DNA from: a bacterium
Lineage (GTDB): Bacteria; Electryoneota; RPQS01
Length of the DNA: 64,000 nt
NCBI GenBank assembly: GCA_023382385.1
Contig: JAHDVH010000002.1
Coordinates: 4,957-68,956, forward strand
Direction of reading: 5' to 3'
Part shown: positions 58,937 through 64,000 of the stretch, piece after piece
Position numbering within the stretch: position 1 is the first letter of the stretch
Layout: every line of letters begins with the position of its first letter
The notes under the pieces: model-generated
Database searches by the model: none
Told to the model about the DNA's origin: nothing
What the model saw: only the letters and a program-made list of their open reading frames with translations
Translations under genes and position numbers: made by a program

Positions 58937-59920
58937 TTACACCTGATAGTCTGCGAGCCTGCGGCAGTAATAATGCACGCGCTCGGGGGTGGGGCAATAC
59001 AAGTCTTCGGAACGCGGCAGCGGTGGAATCGTGTCGTTGCCGCACAGCCTCATCGGCGGAGCTTCGAGATACTCAAAACACTTTTCGTTCACCAGCGCAA
59101 TCAGCTCCGCCGCGACGCCAAAACTCTTCGGGCCTTCCTGCACAACGAGCAGTCGTCCGGTCTTCTTCACGGACGCGACGATTGTATCCCAATCCATCGG
59201 GTAGATTGTGCGCAGGTCGATCAGCTCGACGCTGATGTGATCCTTCTCTAAAAACTCCAGCGCCTTCCGGCAAACGTGCATCATCGCACCATAAGAAATG
59301 ACGGTCATATCGCGGCCGTCTTTCTCAACTTTCGCCTTGCCGATGGGAATGCGGTAGAGCCCGTCGGGCACTTCCTGCTTCATCGCGCGATAGAGCCGCT
59401 TGGGTTCCTGATAGATGACGGGATCGTTATCCTCAATTGCGGAGATCATCAAGCCCTTTGCGTCATACGGCGTCGAGGGAATCACAACTTTCAGCCCGGG
59501 GATGTGCGCGTACATCGCCTCCATCGCTTCTGAGTGCATTTCGAGCGCCTTCACGCCGCCGCCATAGGGGAAGCGAATCACGGCGGGTACGTGCCGCTGA
59601 CCTCGCGTGCGGTAGCGATAGCGGGAGATGTGCGTGATAATCTGATTCATTGCGGGATAGACGAAACCGTCAAACTGCATTTCGGCGACGGGACGCAAGC
59701 CCAGCACAGACATCCCGATACAGGCGCCGATGATAGAGGATTCGGCCAGCGGCGTATCGAACACGCGCTTCACGCCGTGCTTCTTTTGCAGATGTTCGGT
59801 CACGCGAAACACGCCACCCTCAACACCGACGTCTTCGCCAAAACACAGCACGGACGGATCGTCCGCCAGCTTCACATCCAGCGCGTTGTTTAGCGCCTGC
59901 ACCATCGTCATTACGGGCAT
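58937..59920 (-). CDS. pdhB: 2-oxo-acid (pyruvate) dehydrogenase E1 beta
   Basis: GEDVGVEGGVFR, DTPLAES, EMQFDGF and PSTPYDAKGL. Confidence 0.92.
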   Translation of the reverse strand: MPVMTMVQALNNALDVKLADDPSVLCFGEDVGVEGGVFRVTEHLQKKHGVKRVFDTPLAESSIIGACIGMSVLGLRPVAEMQFDGFVYPAMNQIITHISRYRYRTRGQRHVPAVIRFPYGGGVKALEMHSEAMEAMYAHIPGLKVVIPSTPYDAKGLMISAIEDNDPVIYQEPKRLYRAMKQEVPDGLYRIPIGKAKVEKDGRDMTVISYGAMMHVCRKALEFLEKDHISVELIDLRTIYPMDWDTIVASVKKTGRLLVVQEGPKSFGVAAELIALVNEKCFEYLEAPPMRLCGNDTIPPLPRSEDLYCPTPERVHYYCRRLADYQV

Positions 59921-59953
59921 GGATTGCTCCTATCTTCAGTTTTCATTTTCTGA

Positions 59954-61117
59954 TTACTTTCCTCTCCGGCTCTGCCACGCCAGGAACGCTTCGAGATCAT
60001 GCTTCTGCTCTTCGAGCGAATTGGTGAGCTGCTCGTACTGGTGCTCAAAGAGTTCGGGAATCGGATTCGGTCCAAGCCCGACGACGTGCGACACGATTTC
60101 ATCAATCTTCACGGCACACTCTTCTTCAAACGCCGTCTCCTGCTTCTCGCTCCAGAGCTGCTTCTCCAGCAGATACTTCTTGACGCGGATCAGCGGATCG
60201 CGCGGCTCCCAGATCTTTTCTTCTTCACTCGTGCGGTATTTCGTCGGGTCGTCTGAAGTCGTGTGCGCACCCATGCGGTAGGTCACGGCTTCGATCAGAA
60301 CGGGACCGTTGCCCGCCCGTGCGAAATCCACAGCTTCCTTCGTGGCACGGTAGACCGCAAACAGGTCGTTGCCGTCCACCTGAATCCCGGGCATGCCGAA
60401 GCCCACGGCTTTTTGTGCAATCGTGGCTGCCTTGGTCTGCAATTCACGCGGGACGCTGATCGCATACTGATTGTTGTTGCAGAAGAACACGCACGGGCAC
60501 GAGAACACTGCCGCCCAGTTCAACCCTTCCGAGAAGTCTCCTTCTGACGTGCCGCCGTCCCCGAAGTAACAGAGCACGACCTGATCAAGGCCTTTGTAGT
60601 TGATGGCGTGGCCGATTCCCGCGGCGTGGGGAATCTGCGAAGCGATCGGCACGGAAGTCGGCAGGCTGTTCACACCTTCCGGCATGACTGCTCCGCTCTC
60701 CAGACCAAGATACCACTTGTAGACCGTTTCTACCGGCCAGCCGTGCCACATATACGCGCCGATTTCGCGGAAGGCGGGCACCAGCCAATCATCCTTGCGC
60801 AGGGCCATTGCGGAACCGACTGCGGAGGCTTCCTGACCGCGGTTGACCGGCAGCGTATAGAGCTTGCCTTGCCGCTGCAGGTTGACGGCCTTCAGGTCCA
60901 CAAGCCGCGCATACTTCATCATCTTGTAGCCTTCGAGCAGGAAATCTTCGTCAAACTCAGGCATCCATTCCGGGTGCAGGACCTTTCCAGAGGGGTCCAG
61001 AACTTCGAGCTTCTTGCCTGAAGTTGCATGAAAAGCCTCGAACAGAGAGGACGTGCCTTTGCCATTCACCTGCCCGTTGCCTTTTTCGGTCTTTTTGGTC
61101 TTAATCTCCGTGGCCAT
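59954..61117 (-). CDS. pdhA: 2-oxo-acid (pyruvate) dehydrogenase E1 alpha
   Basis: GQEAS, GDGGTSEGDF...NNQYAIS and HTTSDDP. Pyruvate versus branched-chain specificity cannot be determined from the sequence alone. Confidence 0.9.
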   Translation of the reverse strand: MATEIKTKKTEKGNGQVNGKGTSSLFEAFHATSGKKLEVLDPSGKVLHPEWMPEFDEDFLLEGYKMMKYARLVDLKAVNLQRQGKLYTLPVNRGQEASAVGSAMALRKDDWLVPAFREIGAYMWHGWPVETVYKWYLGLESGAVMPEGVNSLPTSVPIASQIPHAAGIGHAINYKGLDQVVLCYFGDGGTSEGDFSEGLNWAAVFSCPCVFFCNNNQYAISVPRELQTKAATIAQKAVGFGMPGIQVDGNDLFAVYRATKEAVDFARAGNGPVLIEAVTYRMGAHTTSDDPTKYRTSEEEKIWEPRDPLIRVKKYLLEKQLWSEKQETAFEEECAVKIDEIVSHVVGLGPNPIPELFEHQYEQLTNSLEEQKHDLEAFLAWQSRRGK

Positions 61118-61408
61118 CAGATCAAACCCTTATATGAAATTAAACAAATATTTAGCTAATTGTACGAACGTCCATCCAGTTCAGTTAATATAAGGTTTTT
61201 GCTCAGGATAGCAAGAAGGCATGAATATATTTTGATGTAAAACGATTTAATGTTAAATAAAAGAGAAATCAGGAGATTTTGTTGGTCGCGCGGTTGACGA
61301 AGTGCCCACAAGAGAAACAGAAATCCCCCAGTGAACCGGCTTGCAGTTCGACTGAGGGACTCTTGAATCCAAGTGCGGCCTGAGCCGCGACTTCAGATCA
61401 TTGTGCCG

Positions 61409-61897
61409 CTATTTGAAGCTGCCGTTCACGATCGGGAAAACGGGGAACCATCCACCCTTCTTGATGATATTGACCAGACCGATTTGCAGACCGTTCGTGG
61501 ACTGCGCAAAATTCACCAGGCCAAATTGCAAACCCACATACTCGTTCGCTTCGTTGTAAAGGCCGTATTGCAAGCCGGTGAACGTGCCACCCTTGTCGAT
61601 GTTCACCCAGCCCCACTGAATTCCCGCGCCGCCCTGATTAGCAAGATTGACGAATCCGTATTGAATCCCTTGCATCTGACCAGTGGCATGATTGCCAAGG
61701 CCGACGTCGAGGCCGGTGACGTTGGCGTTCTTGCCGTAGATCAAGTTCAGGCGCAGGCCCGTGATGCTCTCGCTGTTCTTGAAGATCTGCACGGGATCGA
61801 CGAGTGCCAGATTGACTGGCTTATCGCCCGCCTGCGCCGCCGTGGGCAGAATGAGCGCAACACTGAATAACAGTACCGCATATAGTGCTTTTGTCAT
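61409..61897 (-). CDS. Secreted repeat protein (LA_2272-like G-h-Q-h-G-h-h-N repeats)
   Basis: Signal peptide ending AQA. Repeats GIQYGFVN, GIQWGWVN, GLQYGLYN, GLQFGLVN, GLQIGLVN. C-terminal FPIVNGSF. Confidence 0.8.
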   Translation of the reverse strand: MTKALYAVLLFSVALILPTAAQAGDKPVNLALVDPVQIFKNSESITGLRLNLIYGKNANVTGLDVGLGNHATGQMQGIQYGFVNLANQGGAGIQWGWVNIDKGGTFTGLQYGLYNEANEYVGLQFGLVNFAQSTNGLQIGLVNIIKKGGWFPVFPIVNGSFK

Positions 61898-62004
61898 GGG
61901 TGTTCCTTCGTTTGGAAACGTTACCTTCGTGAAACTGGACCACTAAAAGTAACAACTCTCAATTTCATAAACAACCGTCCAAAGCACAGGTTTCTAACCG
62001 AATG

Positions 62005-63429
62005 TTATTCACATGTAACAAAATACACGCGCATCCCGTCGGCGGGCAGGGGCAGCACGGTGCTGGTTGCGGGTGTGGTGGCCTCGATGGTGTAGTCCTG
62101 CGGCGCGGAGTTCATGTCGTTGCTCGACCATATCTTATACTGTGTCGCGCCAGCGACGGGGTGCCAACGCAAGTAGAGCGAGTCCTCTGCAAACGACATC
62201 ACCAGAGATCCCGGCGCGTCGAGACCGTTCTCGAATTCATCGTACAAGGCCGCGAGCAATTCGCCGTCGCGATCCGCCGCAAGCTCCCAGAACATCGCGC
62301 CTCCGAGCAATTCACTCAAAACATAGCGCGCCTTCTCGCGAATGGACGCCGTGTCGTCATAACTGATCATCACGTGCGACGCCGGATTGTACAGCCACGG
62401 CACGCGCGAAGCGTCACTCCAGTATCGCGTGTAGCCGTTTAGGTTGACGTAGTTCTCCTTGAGCTGCCAATAGTCGAACATCCCGTTTTCCCACGTGCCG
62501 AACGGGGACACGCCGGAAAAGGACGCGTATAGCCCGTTATTCACGTTCGCGACGTTGCCGAAACCGCGCCCGTAAAACGCCATCCCCGCCGAAAGTTTCT
62601 CGCGCGGAAATCCGCCAGCTATGTAGGCTTGCATCGCCGCGTCGAGATTTGCGGACGTGTGCGCTGGTTCGGGAAACGGATCGAGCGAATCGGCGTAAAG
62701 CGGCGAGTTGAATCCCGTGAACGGACTCCATGGCCCTTGAAAATCGTAGGTCATCACGTTGATAAAATCAACGGCTTGGGCAAGCTGCGGCAACTCAAGA
62801 TTTGCCACATGATCAAGTCCCGCCGATGTCGCGAGTGTGAGCAGATACGGCCGCCCGTATAGTGTTTCGAGCGAATCAAGTTTGGCCCGGATACGCTGAC
62901 AGAGCAGCGTGAGGTTCGCGCCGTCTTCCGGGCGATGCTCGACGTCCCAATCCCCGCCGAACACGGGATACTCCCAGTCGAGATCCACGCCGTCGAAGCC
63001 GTGCTCAATGACGAATTGTGCACACGAATTGGCGAACAGCTCTCGTGCTGCAGGCGTCGCGGCGGCGTCAGAGAAATTTTCACTCCATGTCCAACCGCCG
63101 ACCGAAATCAATGTTCGCAAATGCGGGTGCTGCTCTTTCAGAAGTCTCAATTGGTGAAAGTTCCCGCGCTCACAGCCGGGATCCCAGCAATCGCCGGGAT
63201 AGAAACGGTCAATATCGGCGTACGCGTCGCCGAGCACAACTTGACCGCCGCTGATATTCGCGAACGCGTAGTTGATGTGCGTGAGCTGCTCGGCGGGAAT
63301 ATCCGTGACAAAATAGCTGCGCGCGTAAATCGCCCATGACGGATAGTAGCCGACGATGCGCTGCGCCTCTGCAATCATAGGAACCAGCAAACACGCAACG
63401 AGCAGATATCTATTCAGGTGTAACCGCAC
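62005..63429 (-). CDS. Secreted GH18 chitinase with C-terminal FN3-like tail
   Basis: THINYAFA, ISVGGW, FDGVDLDWEYP, VMTYDF, SYDD and GGAMFWE. Confidence 0.95.
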   Translation of the reverse strand: MRLHLNRYLLVACLLVPMIAEAQRIVGYYPSWAIYARSYFVTDIPAEQLTHINYAFANISGGQVVLGDAYADIDRFYPGDCWDPGCERGNFHQLRLLKEQHPHLRTLISVGGWTWSENFSDAAATPAARELFANSCAQFVIEHGFDGVDLDWEYPVFGGDWDVEHRPEDGANLTLLCQRIRAKLDSLETLYGRPYLLTLATSAGLDHVANLELPQLAQAVDFINVMTYDFQGPWSPFTGFNSPLYADSLDPFPEPAHTSANLDAAMQAYIAGGFPREKLSAGMAFYGRGFGNVANVNNGLYASFSGVSPFGTWENGMFDYWQLKENYVNLNGYTRYWSDASRVPWLYNPASHVMISYDDTASIREKARYVLSELLGGAMFWELAADRDGELLAALYDEFENGLDAPGSLVMSFAEDSLYLRWHPVAGATQYKIWSSNDMNSAPQDYTIEATTPATSTVLPLPADGMRVYFVTCE

Positions 63430-63550
63430 AATGTCTCATCAAATCTGTCACAATTTTCACTCGTGATTCACCAGAGTCAAACGATTCAGCGGCGTATGAA
63501 GACTCGTGTAACCGCATGAAGGCTGTTCCAACAGCGCATGTATCACATCA

Positions 63551-63883
63551 TCATTCGCGGGTTGCCGACCGCCAAGTCCCTGCGTCTCTTCTGAGGCGAT
63601 CCAACTCTTTCCAGTGATTCTCAATCGCGTCGCGGCCGGATTCGGTTAAGCTGACCAGCGTGTTCGGCTTCCTGCCGATGAATTGTTTGGTGATGGTAAT
63701 CAGTCCGCCAGCTTCGAGTTTGGAGAGATGGCTCGAGAGGTTGCCCTTCGAAAGTCCGGTCAGGCTGTTCAGATAGAGAAAGTCAGCAGACTGACAGGCC
63801 GCCAACGCGGTGAGAATCGCGAGCCTTGACGAGTCGTGAATAAGCCGGTCGAGCTCGGCAATCTGCTTAAACGGCTCCGACAT
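63551..63883 (-). CDS. Winged-helix transcriptional regulator (MarR/ArsR-like)
   Basis: DRLIH..RLAIL, GNLSSHLSKLE and LTESGR. Confidence 0.9.
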   Translation of the reverse strand: MSEPFKQIAELDRLIHDSSRLAILTALAACQSADFLYLNSLTGLSKGNLSSHLSKLEAGGLITITKQFIGRKPNTLVSLTESGRDAIENHWKELDRLRRDAGTWRSATRE

Positions 63884-64000
63884 CTTCGGCCACCTTTCCA
63901 CCCAGTGTGCGCGTGACCAGCAGATGATCAGACAGTCCGCCGAAGATCATCGCCGTGCCGGCCAGCATCCACGTCACAAACCCGCGCTCCAGAAACGGCG
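63867..64000 (-). CDS. C-terminal end of a membrane protein (partial)
   Basis: Manual translation ...PFLERGFVTWMLAGTAMIFGGLSDHLLVTRTLGGKVAEDVGAV*. Its end overlaps the regulator start. Confidence 0.55.
   Translation of the reverse strand, partial: PFLERGFVTWMLAGTAMIFGGLSDHLLVTRTLGGKVAEDVGAV

Noticed and set aside
1-64000. CRISPR arrays, tRNA/rRNA genes, IS elements
   Set aside because: No regularly spaced repeats, cloverleaf or rRNA signatures, or transposase ORFs were seen. Intergenic gaps are short and explained by promoters or terminators.

Overview
Bacterial chromosomal segment (about 50-60% GC by eye) of housekeeping and secretome genes. I saw no rRNA, tRNA, CRISPR array, prophage or transposase. 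PNPFNP-type C-terminal sorting domains suggest an FCB-superphylum organism (inference). Contents: a partial PAS/GAF sensor; many secreted proteins (beta-helix protein, M14B carboxypeptidase, two S8 proteases, S9 peptidase, TPR zinc protease, GH18 chitinase); M3 peptidase; sucAB-lpdA; pdhABC plus lipoate ligase; a paa-like crotonase/EthD/ALDH operon; and a GCS2-MFS-esterase-ATP-grasp-CBM/esterase operon. Three observations stand out. (1) A phage-free cassette of three signal-peptide-bearing fibre proteins with S74 intramolecular chaperones (the first frameshifted) is followed by a small putative adaptor. (2) A ~70-aa C-terminal FN3-like domain that apparently lacks its last strand is shared by four unrelated secreted proteins and never co-occurs with the T9SS-like CTD, making it a candidate second sorting signal. 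(3) An 'LD(E/D/S)' motif recurs at predicted maturation sites. All family assignments come from motif recognition by eye; no database searches were run.
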